Virus record (IMG/VR): IMGVR_UViG_3300009703_004110
Coordinates: 268,271 to 332,270 of that record
Length of the DNA: 64,000 bases
Direction: 5' to 3' (one strand)
A program made the position numbers and the translations under genes. Below the pieces are notes generated by a model. That model was not told the DNA's origin, did no database searches, and saw only the letters and a program-made list of their open reading frames with translations. Positions 37,337 to 46,236 of this stretch are shown in pieces; within the stretch, counting starts at the first letter, position 1, and the number at the start of each line of letters is the position of its first letter.

Positions 37337-37744
37337 CTATAAGGTCTGTTGTATGCTATCCATATCTTCTATCTCTATTTCATCAAAGCCAAAGTCGGCT
37401 TGAAATGTGCGGACGCTAGTGCTATCTGTTTCATCAGAATGAATTGAGTGCCAATACTGCCCATCATATTCTGCGTTATTTACAAGATGCACATGATGCA
37501 CATGATAGACTCTTCCATTAATTTCTTTACTTAACCAAGTAGATAAAAGACGCTTATTCTTTCCCGATTCTCCAGCTTCGCCAGTAATATACCAGCCATG
37601 CCCAAATAATGAATCGGTGTTTCCAATGCCCCACTCATCAGAAGTTAAGTTATTATAAAGATGATTCATTCTATCTCTGTAGAAATCCCATTCTCCAATC
37701 CATAGAACATTATAACCAACATCTGAATAAGTATTCCTGCCCAT
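37337..37744 (-). CDS. hypothetical protein
   Basis: 135 aa, RBS GGGAG. Confidence 0.6.
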   Translation of the reverse strand: MGRNTYSDVGYNVLWIGEWDFYRDRMNHLYNNLTSDEWGIGNTDSLFGHGWYITGEAGESGKNKRLLSTWLSKEINGRVYHVHHVHLVNNAEYDGQYWHSIHSDETDSTSVRTFQADFGFDEIEIEDMDSIQQTL

Positions 37745-37796
37745 CTTAATTCTCCCATGTGATATGCAGGCCGGTAGGCGGCAAAATCTTTATAGT

Positions 37797-38027
37797 CTAT
37801 TCACTCTCGTCAGCTTTCTCTTTCACTAATTTAATATAAGCAGTATAAGCAACTTGACTATATGCCATGTTAATTGAGGCGGACATTACTACCAGTGATA
37901 TACCAAAGATTGCTTCTTCATCTGTGCCATGCATCATATCATAAATGATATAAGCAAATTCCTCTGGTGTGTTTTGTTCAATTAATTTCTTACAAAACCG
38001 GGCTGGGTCGATTGACTCTAATAACAT
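37797..38027 (-). CDS. hypothetical protein
   Basis: 76 aa, RBS GAGG. Confidence 0.5.
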   Translation of the reverse strand: MLLESIDPARFCKKLIEQNTPEEFAYIIYDMMHGTDEEAIFGISLVVMSASINMAYSQVAYTAYIKLVKEKADESE

Positions 38028-38043
38028 GGTTTCCTCGTAATTA

Positions 38044-38120
38044 TGGAGGCGACGGCAGGATTCGAACCTGCGAATAGACGAGTTGCAGTCGCCTCCCTTA
38101 AGCCTCTTGGGTACGTCGCC
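38044..38120 (-). tRNA. tRNA-Cys(GCA)
   Basis: GGCGA-CTGCAAC-TCGTC, U73. Confidence 0.95.
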
Positions 38121-38150
38121 ATTATGGGGAGATTTCTCTCCCCAATTAGA

Positions 38151-38513
38151 TCAGTTCAAAAGTTCCTTCACACGTTCCAACGTCCAGTCCTTCCTTTCGG
38201 AATAACCTACGTGAGACTTAATGATGCTCAAAACCTCTTCCGCGTCAGGCGCCTCCTTGCAACTTGCTTCAATCTTACGATAAGCCATACCCCTAATGAG
38301 GCCATTGGCTACGTTAAGACTGCGAGCATAAGATGCCCGGTCAACACGAAGTGATGCTGCCGCATACGTAGTGTTGCCCCAATGCTTAGTCTCCTGAGAG
38401 TCTATCATCTTCTGCGCTGTTTGAAATAAAGTTCTGGCTCTTGCCTTCACCATACGGCGATGGTAAGCGGTTGACTTAAGTTCTGCTCTAAGTAGTTCAC
38501 GATACATATTCAT
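38151..38513 (-). CDS. hypothetical basic helical protein
   Basis: 120 aa; R...(V)A.GL.RG..Y..IE motif; follows the amber/RGPP leader. Confidence 0.7.
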   Translation of the reverse strand: MNMYRELLRAELKSTAYHRRMVKARARTLFQTAQKMIDSQETKHWGNTTYAAASLRVDRASYARSLNVANGLIRGMAYRKIEASCKEAPDAEEVLSIIKSHVGYSERKDWTLERVKELLN

Positions 38514-38529
38514 TTTGTTTTATCCTTTT

Positions 38530-38649
38530 TTAGTTTTTTTGAATTGCTGCCATCACAGCCGACTTTGTGTGGCACGATTTAAACGCTGTTATATCAACTC
38601 CAAAACTAAAAGGTGGACCTCTTGCATAAGTCTAACAATATTCTCGCAT
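38530..38649 (-). promoter_or_regulatory. leader peptide MREYC*TYARGPP... (amber stop followed by an arrest-like motif)
   Basis: RBS GGAG, TAG at 38632-38634, RGPP 4 codons later, hairpin at about 38548-38574, TAA abutting the next RBS. Confidence 0.65.
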
Positions 38650-38714
38650 AACTATCTCCATATTAACAATATACCGAAGTGTACATTGTCGTTCAAAAAA
38701 ATTTAATTAGTTTC

Positions 38715-39482
38715 TTACAGAAACCTACTAACGTACTCTCTATCTTCTTTAAAGAGAGGAATCTCCCAGTCGATAGTCCATCTATTACGTTTGGCTATCA
38801 CAGTTTCTTTAGCCCCATGCTTCATAAAAGTCACAGGTTCTTCAAAGCTTTTACGAGTTACAGTAAATCCTTTTTGAAAATGACTTGGGACGTCTTCCCA
38901 CGGAGTACCATTATTTCTCAACATTTCTTTCATCTGCAAAACAGTTCTACCATTACATTCTTTATGAGAAAAATAATGCCTTGCATACATTGAAACAGAA
39001 TTGCGCAAAGCGTCTTGCTGTCTCCATACAAAAGCATTAACAACTTCATGCTCAGGAAGATTCCAGAACCTAGAATCAAATTTTGGTCTAGAGTCTGCAA
39101 GGCTTGGATCGCTCATAACTAATGCTGCATAAAACTCAACTGCTACAGCAGAAGCAATAACGCTATTCATCTTTCTGGTTTTATAACCAAAATAAGGCTG
39201 AGTCTGCTCTGATTCAGTATCAGTTATTAGAAAGGATATTTCATCAGACTGGACGTAAGCCATCTTACAACCTTGGATTTCTTGGCACCCAACAATGGCA
39301 CCTACAGCCATAGCCAAAACAAATTTTTCATTCCAAGGAGAATTAGCTTCTTTCTTTAGACTCTTAGTAAATTTACTAAAATTCTTTCCATCTACTCGGC
39401 CAATAACAGGAACGCCACTAACTAGCTTAAAGTTAGTTTGCTTCTCGTAACCCTTCATCCTATTTTCTAATGTATCAAACAT
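38715..39482 (-). CDS. thg1: tRNA(His) guanylyltransferase Thg1 / Thg1-like protein
   Basis: RMKGYE, RVDGKNFSKFT, YVQSDEIS, FDSR, WRQQDA.RNS. Confidence 0.93.
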   Translation of the reverse strand: MFDTLENRMKGYEKQTNFKLVSGVPVIGRVDGKNFSKFTKSLKKEANSPWNEKFVLAMAVGAIVGCQEIQGCKMAYVQSDEISFLITDTESEQTQPYFGYKTRKMNSVIASAVAVEFYAALVMSDPSLADSRPKFDSRFWNLPEHEVVNAFVWRQQDALRNSVSMYARHYFSHKECNGRTVLQMKEMLRNNGTPWEDVPSHFQKGFTVTRKSFEEPVTFMKHGAKETVIAKRNRWTIDWEIPLFKEDREYVSRFL

Positions 39483-39912
39483 CGGGAGCCTCTCCGCTCT
39501 TAGTTATCTGCTCAGCTGCCGCAATACCCGCCAGCTTATCAACCACTTCGTTATATTCATTTCCAGCATGACCCTTAACCCATTTAATATCAAGGTTTGG
39601 ACAGTTTTCTAATTTTTCTCTTATTGTTTTAACACGCTCGGTATTCTTCCTAGCAATCCAGTTCTTAGTAAAAAGTCCCACACAGTAACTTGAGTCGGTA
39701 TATATAACGGCCTCTTCCCAATTCCTGCCTTCTCTTATTAGATAATCTATGGCATACTCTATTCCGCTCATTTCAGCAACATTATTTGTCTCGACTCCAA
39801 TGTGGCCGGCACAATAGTGTATTACCTTATCATCTTCTAAAACTATAACGCCATATCCTGCTGGACCTGGATTGGTTGGCTTGCATGAGCCATCCGTATA
39901 TATTGAGATCAT
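39475..39912 (-). CDS. rnhA: ribonuclease HI
   Basis: IYTDGSC..NPGP.G, TNN.AE, TDS.Y, WVKGH.G...NE.VD. Confidence 0.95.
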   Translation of the reverse strand: MISIYTDGSCKPTNPGPAGYGVIVLEDDKVIHYCAGHIGVETNNVAEMSGIEYAIDYLIREGRNWEEAVIYTDSSYCVGLFTKNWIARKNTERVKTIREKLENCPNLDIKWVKGHAGNEYNEVVDKLAGIAAAEQITKSGEAPDV

Positions 39913-39932
39913 CTGTTATTAGACTCCTTAGG

Positions 39933-40544
39933 TTATGCTAGCTCCTCGTAAAGAGCCTCGTCATTTCTGCATCTTTTACGTAGTTCAGTATACCAAGCTT
40001 GATTCTTAACTTTGAACATTAAGACGCCAGGCTTCTTTGGATGCTTGGCTTTGCATACTACGCCTTCGAATGTCATCCCCGGTAACGTACCGTTTCTAAC
40101 TTGCTCTAAGAACGTGGCATTCGGCTTACCTCTATAGAGCATAGGTGCTATATCTAAATGTCCAAACAGCTTTAAGAATTCTTTGGGCGGAACCATTCCG
40201 CTCTTAAATAGATTGGCATCAAACAAGACTATTTGATGCTCTTCGGTATTGTCGTGCCATCCAAAAGATGAACTCTCTCCAAAGAATTCAAAGAACAATA
40301 CGACTTTATCGAGCCGTTGTTTTCTCATGATCTTGGAAACATCATCTTCGTACTTATTTCGGATAAGACCTATGGCTTCACCAAAGGTTTCGTCGTCTGC
40401 ACCAAGCATTCTCTTGCGAGTGCCAAACTTATAGAAGCCACGCTTCTTTGACCATTCGGCTCTGATGTTGGAACCATCTAATTTGTCAAAGGCATAAACA
40501 TCAAGATTAGATATCTCGCCTGTTATTGATGGATACTGTTTCAT
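39933..40544 (-). CDS. RNA ligase-like nucleotidyltransferase (Rnl2-type core)
   Basis: KLDGSN, EFFG, FD, EGVV, KVK. Confidence 0.75.
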   Translation of the reverse strand: MKQYPSITGEISNLDVYAFDKLDGSNIRAEWSKKRGFYKFGTRKRMLGADDETFGEAIGLIRNKYEDDVSKIMRKQRLDKVVLFFEFFGESSSFGWHDNTEEHQIVLFDANLFKSGMVPPKEFLKLFGHLDIAPMLYRGKPNATFLEQVRNGTLPGMTFEGVVCKAKHPKKPGVLMFKVKNQAWYTELRKRCRNDEALYEELA

Positions 40545-40545
40545 T

Positions 40546-40836
40546 TTATTTCCAGATGATTACCCTGTTCTCTCTTGAGTCTATAACATAAGAAAAATAA
40601 ACCGCGCCCTCTTTGGCAGGGTCTATTTTTTCATATACTTCTATAGCCGGACCAGTACTGTAATCAATAAAGTTTACTCTTTTAAGGTTGACAATACCTG
40701 CCTCATAAAACATATCACTATAATCGTATGCCTCTACCGGAACCAGCAAGAAGCCGTTCATAATTGTTCCAGCAACCTCTTGGTAGGCGCGCTCCTCGTT
40801 ATCTTCATCTACATATTTTCTTGTATTCATATGCAA
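40546..40836 (-). CDS. hypothetical protein
   Basis: 96 aa, RBS GAGG. Confidence 0.55.
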   Translation of the reverse strand: MHMNTRKYVDEDNEERAYQEVAGTIMNGFLLVPVEAYDYSDMFYEAGIVNLKRVNFIDYSTGPAIEVYEKIDPAKEGAVYFSYVIDSRENRVIIWK

Positions 40837-40851
40837 CCTCAGCTTATTTTA

Positions 40852-40928
40852 TGGTAGCCCCATCAGGAGTCGAACCTGAAACCTTTCGCCTATCAAGCGA
40901 CTGCTCTAGCCAATTGAGCTATGGAGCC
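40852..40928 (-). tRNA. tRNA-Ile(GAT)
   Basis: TCGC-TTGATAG-GCGA, ACCA end. Confidence 0.9.
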
Positions 40929-41008
40929 ACATTCATAATAAGTGGTCGTGTGGTTGCCCGCAGTCCCACACGACCTTACCCTAGGTCGTAACTTTACTTA
41001 TTATGAAA

Positions 41009-41086
41009 TGGTAGGGGTAGTTGGATTTGAACCAACGGCCTTTCGCTTATCAGGCGGCTGCTCCAACCAAACTGAGCTATACCCCT
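41009..41086 (-). tRNA. tRNA-Ile(GAT), second divergent copy
   Basis: CGC-CTGATAA-GCG, AGGGGTA/TACCCCT+ACCA. Confidence 0.88.
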
Positions 41087-41500
41087 AAATACTTTATTGC
41101 TTCACGCAATCTATCAACATCATCTTCAAACATTCCAAGTCCAGTATTACAGTTGCTACAAAGCAGACCTCTTACTTTTCTAGTAGAATGGCAATGATCA
41201 ACGTATGGTGTTCCTTTAAAAGTTACTTTACAAATCCCACAAGAATTATTCTGAGCAGCTCTCATATCTTTAAAGTCTTCTAATGTAATACCATATTTAT
41301 ACTTCAACTGATATGACTTCTCAGTTGAATATTTATTTTCCTTCTTACTTTTTTGACGAGAAAGATTATAACACTGTGTCGTACAATATTTAGCCTTCCC
41401 TCGTCTAACCTTAATAGCTAAAGCAATGAAGTCTTGATTGCAACCCTGGCAAACTCTCTTAACCTTTTTTCCCGCCTCTACCTTTCGTATTATCTATCAT
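41077..41500 (-). pseudogene. endonuclease VII-type HNH endonuclease, frameshifted near the 5' end
   Basis: YGIT...Q...CGIC..VDHCH...VRGLLC..CN..LG; ATG 41500 is 1 nt out of frame across GGGAAAAAAG; the stop overlaps the tRNA 5' end. Confidence 0.75.
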
Positions 41501-41661
41501 AGTATCCCCTCTATGTATATAGTAATAGATTTTGGACTAGTGCGACAAACCGTATTCGCCTACTCTCCAAATAGAAACCATGTAACCATTGTAATAAAAA
41601 ATGCAGTGACTGGATCAATTCCCATACACATAAATAAAAAGAAAAAGAAGAAAAATGACAC

Positions 41662-42846
41662 CTATACCTCACTTACAATATTCATTCCAAGAAAAGTCAT
41701 GCCTAGTGCCAAGTCATCTAACATTGGCTGAAACAAAGCTTGTCCCTCTGGATTATTCTGAATTTTAACATCCATATAAAGTCCGTTAATTTTCTTTGCT
41801 AACTTAACCAGAGCCGTTAGTAAAGTCTTTGGATTAAGATCACTTTGTGATTTAATCAAAGCATAGATAAGCTCCGGAGACTTTAGCGCACCAGACTCTG
41901 GCTTTAGCCCGGCACTCTGTAAGCGTGCCAAAGTATAGCTCAAGTATAGGCCAGAAGATTGTTTCAGAGATTTAATCTGGTCCAAATCTAATTTCTTAGT
42001 ACTCTTTGGTGAGCTATTCAAAATGAAGCCAACTAATACATTATACGCCAAATCAGGGTTTGGAAACTCGTCAATCAGTAGATCATAAACCTCTTGGGCC
42101 ATGACGGTGTTGCCCTCCCTGCTTGACATCTTCTTCCCTTTAGCGATTACTAGTCCAAGCGGAACATGCGTAATTTCGCCCTCGGGAAATAGCTGTGCCA
42201 ACTTCTTAAAGTGCGGGCCTTGCTCCGAACCCGTTAGATATAACTTACTCTCACCATTCCAGGCTTGAGCTAGAGCGACGTCTTGCCAAAAATAGCTAGT
42301 ACTTCCATCGCTTTTAATTCCAACAACATACTCGTCGTCAGCTATAAAGCCTTTAGTACCTTCATACTTACCATTTCCGCTTACTAAAAGAGAATCGTCA
42401 TTCAATATCATATCTGATGCAAAGAAGACTGCACCATTAATATAGTAGTCAGACCACTTAAGCCATTCTTCTAGTTTGCTTAGGGCGTCTTCTTTGGAAA
42501 CATCACCATCTAATGTGTCCCCAAGGATGGCCACAAAGTCAAGGCCAATCCCCATGTTTTCAAATGCTTTGGCAATGACAAGGTTTGATAGGTGACCAAT
42601 ATGAAGGTGCTTATTTAGATTCGGACTAAACCCATCAACTATCGAATAAGCCTTAGGCTCTACAAACAGATCGTGTAGACTTATACTCTCTGGAATATTA
42701 ATGTTAGTAAACCTTCCAGACTTAACCAAAGTTAAGCTATGATAGTCTGCCCACTTACTGATCTCTTCTGATGGTTTGCCAAATACACATAAAGCAAAGT
42801 CCATCATCGGCGGCGTTGTAGCTACCTTTCCAATATCGATTTTCAT
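41662..42846 (-). CDS. argS: shortened arginine--tRNA ligase
   Basis: SPNLNKHLHIGH, KSDGSTSY..D, Q..HF, KMSSR.G, G.YL.Y..AR; 394 aa. Confidence 0.88.
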   Translation of the reverse strand: MKIDIGKVATTPPMMDFALCVFGKPSEEISKWADYHSLTLVKSGRFTNINIPESISLHDLFVEPKAYSIVDGFSPNLNKHLHIGHLSNLVIAKAFENMGIGLDFVAILGDTLDGDVSKEDALSKLEEWLKWSDYYINGAVFFASDMILNDDSLLVSGNGKYEGTKGFIADDEYVVGIKSDGSTSYFWQDVALAQAWNGESKLYLTGSEQGPHFKKLAQLFPEGEITHVPLGLVIAKGKKMSSREGNTVMAQEVYDLLIDEFPNPDLAYNVLVGFILNSSPKSTKKLDLDQIKSLKQSSGLYLSYTLARLQSAGLKPESGALKSPELIYALIKSQSDLNPKTLLTALVKLAKKINGLYMDVKIQNNPEGQALFQPMLDDLALGMTFLGMNIVSEV

Positions 42847-42868
42847 AACGACACCTTTGACATTTTAA

Positions 42869-42956
42869 TGGAGGAGGATAGAGGAATCGAACCCCGTGGC
42901 TTTTATACACACCCCAAGGGTTCAAGCCTTGTTTATCTCCGAGTGAGGTATCCTCC
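42869..42956 (-). tRNA. tRNA-Ser(TGA), atypical D arm and U73
   Basis: CAAGG-CTTGAAC-CCTTG, long variable arm. Confidence 0.8.
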
Positions 42957-42965
42957 GATTTTATC

Positions 42966-43910
42966 TTACCTGCGTCCGGGATCAAATCCTGGGACCAGCC
43001 TTAATGAGTTAGCAATCTCTGTTAGATTATCTGGATCAACTTCTATTCCGTAAAAGCCATAATGAGTACCAAACTTTCCAATAGCTAGCTTAACTCCCGC
43101 TTCCGTCTTTGTTCCCCACCATCCGTCAATATCTCCGACGGGGATTCCCATTCTATTGCAATGAGACTGGACAGCTCTAACTCTATCACGCCTCTTAAAG
43201 TTTACGTCAAGTAACTCAGGCATTTCACAGTGCGCCTTCATTTCAATATACTTTCTAATGTATTCCCAATTAAATGCAGGACCCGGATCAGACTTTCTGT
43301 GAGGTGTAACATGTTCGTGGCCAATTACATTCTCTGGAAGAATCTTATATTCCTTCATCCATTGCCATACCTGCCATGATACTGCTTCCATCTGAGGGTC
43401 CGGATATTTAGCCCAATACTTGTCATCCCAATTACCCCTATGATCGGTAAACTTTGCGCACTCTTGTCTGGTAGCAACTCTGACTTTGCGGCTCCTGTAA
43501 GATTCGTCTCGATACCATTCGTCTGGACCCTGAAATACTTCTGGATCAGACTTTGATCTGTTACGATAAACACCGTGCGGAGAGGGTCCGTCCATCTTTC
43601 CATCGGCCCAGCCAAAGTTTACAACTTCTATTCCGAAGCTATGATGGTTCATATTGGAGCGGCCACCCCATTGACCATAACCAGCGTGCCATCCTCTATC
43701 TCCATCCTTTAGATATCGATACAGTGTTCCGTCTCTTTCAATACAAAAGTGAACAGACAAGCCTCTCTTATTCAAAACCTTATAAGTCTGTTTGGCGGTA
43801 AAACCAGCAGTATAGTGCAGGACAATTACCCACGGTGTACGACTCCATCCTTTAGAATAGCCCTTTGTAAGTGGTTGCTCAATAATATTCATAAGACCCT
43901 CCGAATACAT
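42966..43910 (-). CDS. N-acetylmuramoyl-L-alanine amidase with peptidoglycan-binding domain (endolysin-like)
   Basis: IVLHYTAG, SVHF, WHAG, GIEVVN, GHE..RK.DPG, DG.WG.KT. Confidence 0.9.
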   Translation of the reverse strand: MYSEGLMNIIEQPLTKGYSKGWSRTPWVIVLHYTAGFTAKQTYKVLNKRGLSVHFCIERDGTLYRYLKDGDRGWHAGYGQWGGRSNMNHHSFGIEVVNFGWADGKMDGPSPHGVYRNRSKSDPEVFQGPDEWYRDESYRSRKVRVATRQECAKFTDHRGNWDDKYWAKYPDPQMEAVSWQVWQWMKEYKILPENVIGHEHVTPHRKSDPGPAFNWEYIRKYIEMKAHCEMPELLDVNFKRRDRVRAVQSHCNRMGIPVGDIDGWWGTKTEAGVKLAIGKFGTHYGFYGIEVDPDNLTEIANSLRLVPGFDPGRR

Positions 43911-43933
43911 TATACTATTAGTATTCGGAACTA

Positions 43934-44275
43934 TTAGTCTATATCATCCCAAGACTTACCTTTCTCAAAAAACCATTTTTGCCTTACTCTTATAAAATCA
44001 AACGGACGCTCTATCGTCACGCCCATATCAAGCAATCTAAGATCTGCTACAAACTGCGCAGCTTCTGGAGTATAATACTCAACCTCATCGGCAATCCACT
44101 TGAAATCTGAAAAATCATAGTAATTATATTTCCAAGTTTCTTTTATCAAATTGTCCGTTTCATAAACCTCAACTACAGTATGTGATCTAGGTATACCATT
44201 CAAAGTTGCCTTTCTTATGATAATGGGATAAGCATCAGCAAAGTCTTTATCTTTAATTTCCCATGCAGTTATCAT
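43934..44275 (-). CDS. hypothetical protein
   Basis: 113 aa. Confidence 0.55.
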   Translation of the reverse strand: MITAWEIKDKDFADAYPIIIRKATLNGIPRSHTVVEVYETDNLIKETWKYNYYDFSDFKWIADEVEYYTPEAAQFVADLRLLDMGVTIERPFDFIRVRQKWFFEKGKSWDDID

Positions 44276-45009
44276 TAGTTTCTTCTATTAAGAATCTTTT
44301 CGACTAACCGCCGAGTAAAATTGTGACCAGCAAAGTATCCAAGCTTGAGAGTCTGCTCACCAAAAACTACGCGCACAACAGTCTCGCCATCATGGACGCG
44401 ACCATCAGTTACAACTCTTACAGGTCTATATTTGGTATCTTCCGCGCGAATGATGACTTCTGTGGTGCCCGGCAAAACAACAGATCTAAAGTTAGGGTGG
44501 TGTGCGTTGTTAGGCGTAACAACCATATTCTTATTCAGCGGGTGAATAACTGGACCTCCCGCAGAAAAATTATAACCTGTTGAACCAAGCGGTGTTGCTA
44601 CAATAACTCCGTCAGCTACCATCTTTTGAACCAATGACGCACCATCAACTGCAACAGAAATTCTAGCAGTTTGTCCCGATGCTCTTTCGATATAAACGTC
44701 GTTAATTGCGAAGTCAGTCTTGCCGCTTCCAAATTGCGCTTCAAGTGTATGAAACCCTTGAACAGTCCATTCCTGATAACGAATCCCATCCTTAATATCT
44801 GTAGATTCATTCATAAGGAAGCCAAGATGGCCGCCGTTAATAGGTATATAGGTTTTATCAAGCCCATGCTTGCTTGCCGATCCCAAGAGATATCCGTCTC
44901 CTCCAACGACAACAATAATATCTTTGCTTTCGATCAATTCTTCATCAGCCCAATTAAATACAGCTTTTGCCATACTCTTTGCATTAGGACTTTTTCCAAC
45001 TACAATCAT
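44275..45009 (-). CDS. nadK: NAD kinase
   Basis: GGDG, G.LGFL, ND, DG....TP.GSTGYN.SAGG; start trimmed to 45009. Confidence 0.92.
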   Translation of the reverse strand: MIVVGKSPNAKSMAKAVFNWADEELIESKDIIVVVGGDGYLLGSASKHGLDKTYIPINGGHLGFLMNESTDIKDGIRYQEWTVQGFHTLEAQFGSGKTDFAINDVYIERASGQTARISVAVDGASLVQKMVADGVIVATPLGSTGYNFSAGGPVIHPLNKNMVVTPNNAHHPNFRSVVLPGTTEVIIRAEDTKYRPVRVVTDGRVHDGETVVRVVFGEQTLKLGYFAGHNFTRRLVEKILNRRN

Positions 45010-45034
45010 CTTCTCTCCCGTCTCTCGGGTTGTA

Positions 45035-45167
45035 TGGTCGTGTCGCAGAGGATTCGAACCTACATTGACCCGGCGATTAAACCCGGGAATGTCCAAGTGA
45101 TAGAGGGCACGCAGAGAGACTTGCTAATCGCAGCAAGATCATTTACCATTTTCACTACACGTCACGA
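45035..45167 (-). ncRNA. tRNA-like RNA with an expanded multi-hairpin core
   Basis: TCGTG/CACGA+CCA, AGG-TTCGAAT-CCT, D-loop-like AATGGTAAA, hairpins CTTGCT/AGCAAG and CCCGG/CCGGG. Confidence 0.6.
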
Positions 45168-45171
45168 TATA

Positions 45172-45200
45172 TGGTAGGAAGTCTGAGATTCGAACTTCCA
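45172..45200 (-). pseudogene. 3' tRNA fragment
   Basis: GTTCGAATC...GACTTCCTACCA; the 5' part is replaced by the HNH upstream region. Confidence 0.55.
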
Positions 45201-45241
45201 GTTTTCTATTACTATTCTACCTATAAATATAGGAGATCGTT

Positions 45242-45883
45242 ATGAAAATTTTAAATTGTAATAAATGTAATAAAGAATTTGAAAGGCGCACAGGAGAATA
45301 TAACCAAGCTATTAGGCGTGGTTATAGGCGTTTTTATTGCTCTAATGAATGTCGAAAGACTCACTGTAAAAAGATTACTAAGATAAATATATCTTGTACA
45401 AATTGTGATACTATATTCCAAAGGCGTCCGCGAGACATTGAAAAGTCTAACACAGGGCGCTTCTTTTGTTCACGAAGTTGCGCAGCTACTTACAATAACA
45501 AACTTAATCCAAAAAGAATAGCGCGACACAGAATTTGCCCAGAGTGTCTTAATAAATTTAAAGGGCAAAATAAATATTGTAGCGCCGAATGCATACCTAA
45601 AAAATCAAAAGAAGAATATAAAAGCGACCATAGAAATAATGTTTCTAACTTAAGAAAGAGAATGAAAGAAAAGGCTATATCTCTTATGGGCGGTGAGTGC
45701 CAGATTTGCAAATACAACAAGTGTTCTCGCGCCTTGCATTTTCACCATATAAATCCGGAAGAAAAAGACTTTAATATATCTCTTGCATCAAGCTGGGAAA
45801 AGGCGAAGTCTGAACTTGATAAGTGTGTTTTATTGTGCGCGAACTGTCATGCCGAAGTTCACGATGGACTTATTGATATATAA
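45242..45883 (+). CDS. HNH homing endonuclease
   Basis: CxxC..F..CS..C repeats, GGECQIC..ALHFHH..P..K, LLCANCHAEVH. Confidence 0.9.
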   Translation: MKILNCNKCNKEFERRTGEYNQAIRRGYRRFYCSNECRKTHCKKITKINISCTNCDTIFQRRPRDIEKSNTGRFFCSRSCAATYNNKLNPKRIARHRICPECLNKFKGQNKYCSAECIPKKSKEEYKSDHRNNVSNLRKRMKEKAISLMGGECQICKYNKCSRALHFHHINPEEKDFNISLASSWEKAKSELDKCVLLCANCHAEVHDGLIDI

Positions 45884-45888
45884 TATAA

Positions 45889-45964
45889 TGGTAGAGTACC
45901 TTGGATTCGAACCAAGAACGCCGACGTCACAGGACGGAATGATAACCAATTTCAACAATACTCC
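45889..45964 (-). tRNA. tRNA-His(GTG) with A73 and no encoded G-1
   Basis: CCGTC-CTGTGAC-GTCGG; GGAGTAT/GTACTCT-A-CCA; base -1 is T. Confidence 0.85.
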
Positions 45965-45967
45965 AAA

Positions 45968-46231
45968 TTATTGTATAAATAAATCTAAATTAAATAATAG
46001 AAAATCTTTAGCACAATTATTTATAATATCTTCATCTAATAGCCTCTCTAGGTTCATTTTAGTAGTATGACCCGTTAAAGTAAAAATTTCTCCCGGGAAT
46101 TGGCTATCTAATGTAAATGAAAACTTTGGCGATAGTTGGAAAATTACAACTAATATATGATCACGATCTTTAAAAATATAAATATTTTCATCTAGTGATG
46201 ATATAATACACAAAAATTTTTCAAAAGTCAT
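45968..46231 (-). CDS. hypothetical protein, C-terminal LDLF-module family
   Basis: ends LLFNLDLFIQ. Confidence 0.55.
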   Translation of the reverse strand: MTFEKFLCIISSLDENIYIFKDRDHILVVIFQLSPKFSFTLDSQFPGEIFTLTGHTTKMNLERLLDEDIINNCAKDFLLFNLDLFIQ

Positions 46232-46236
46232 ATTGT

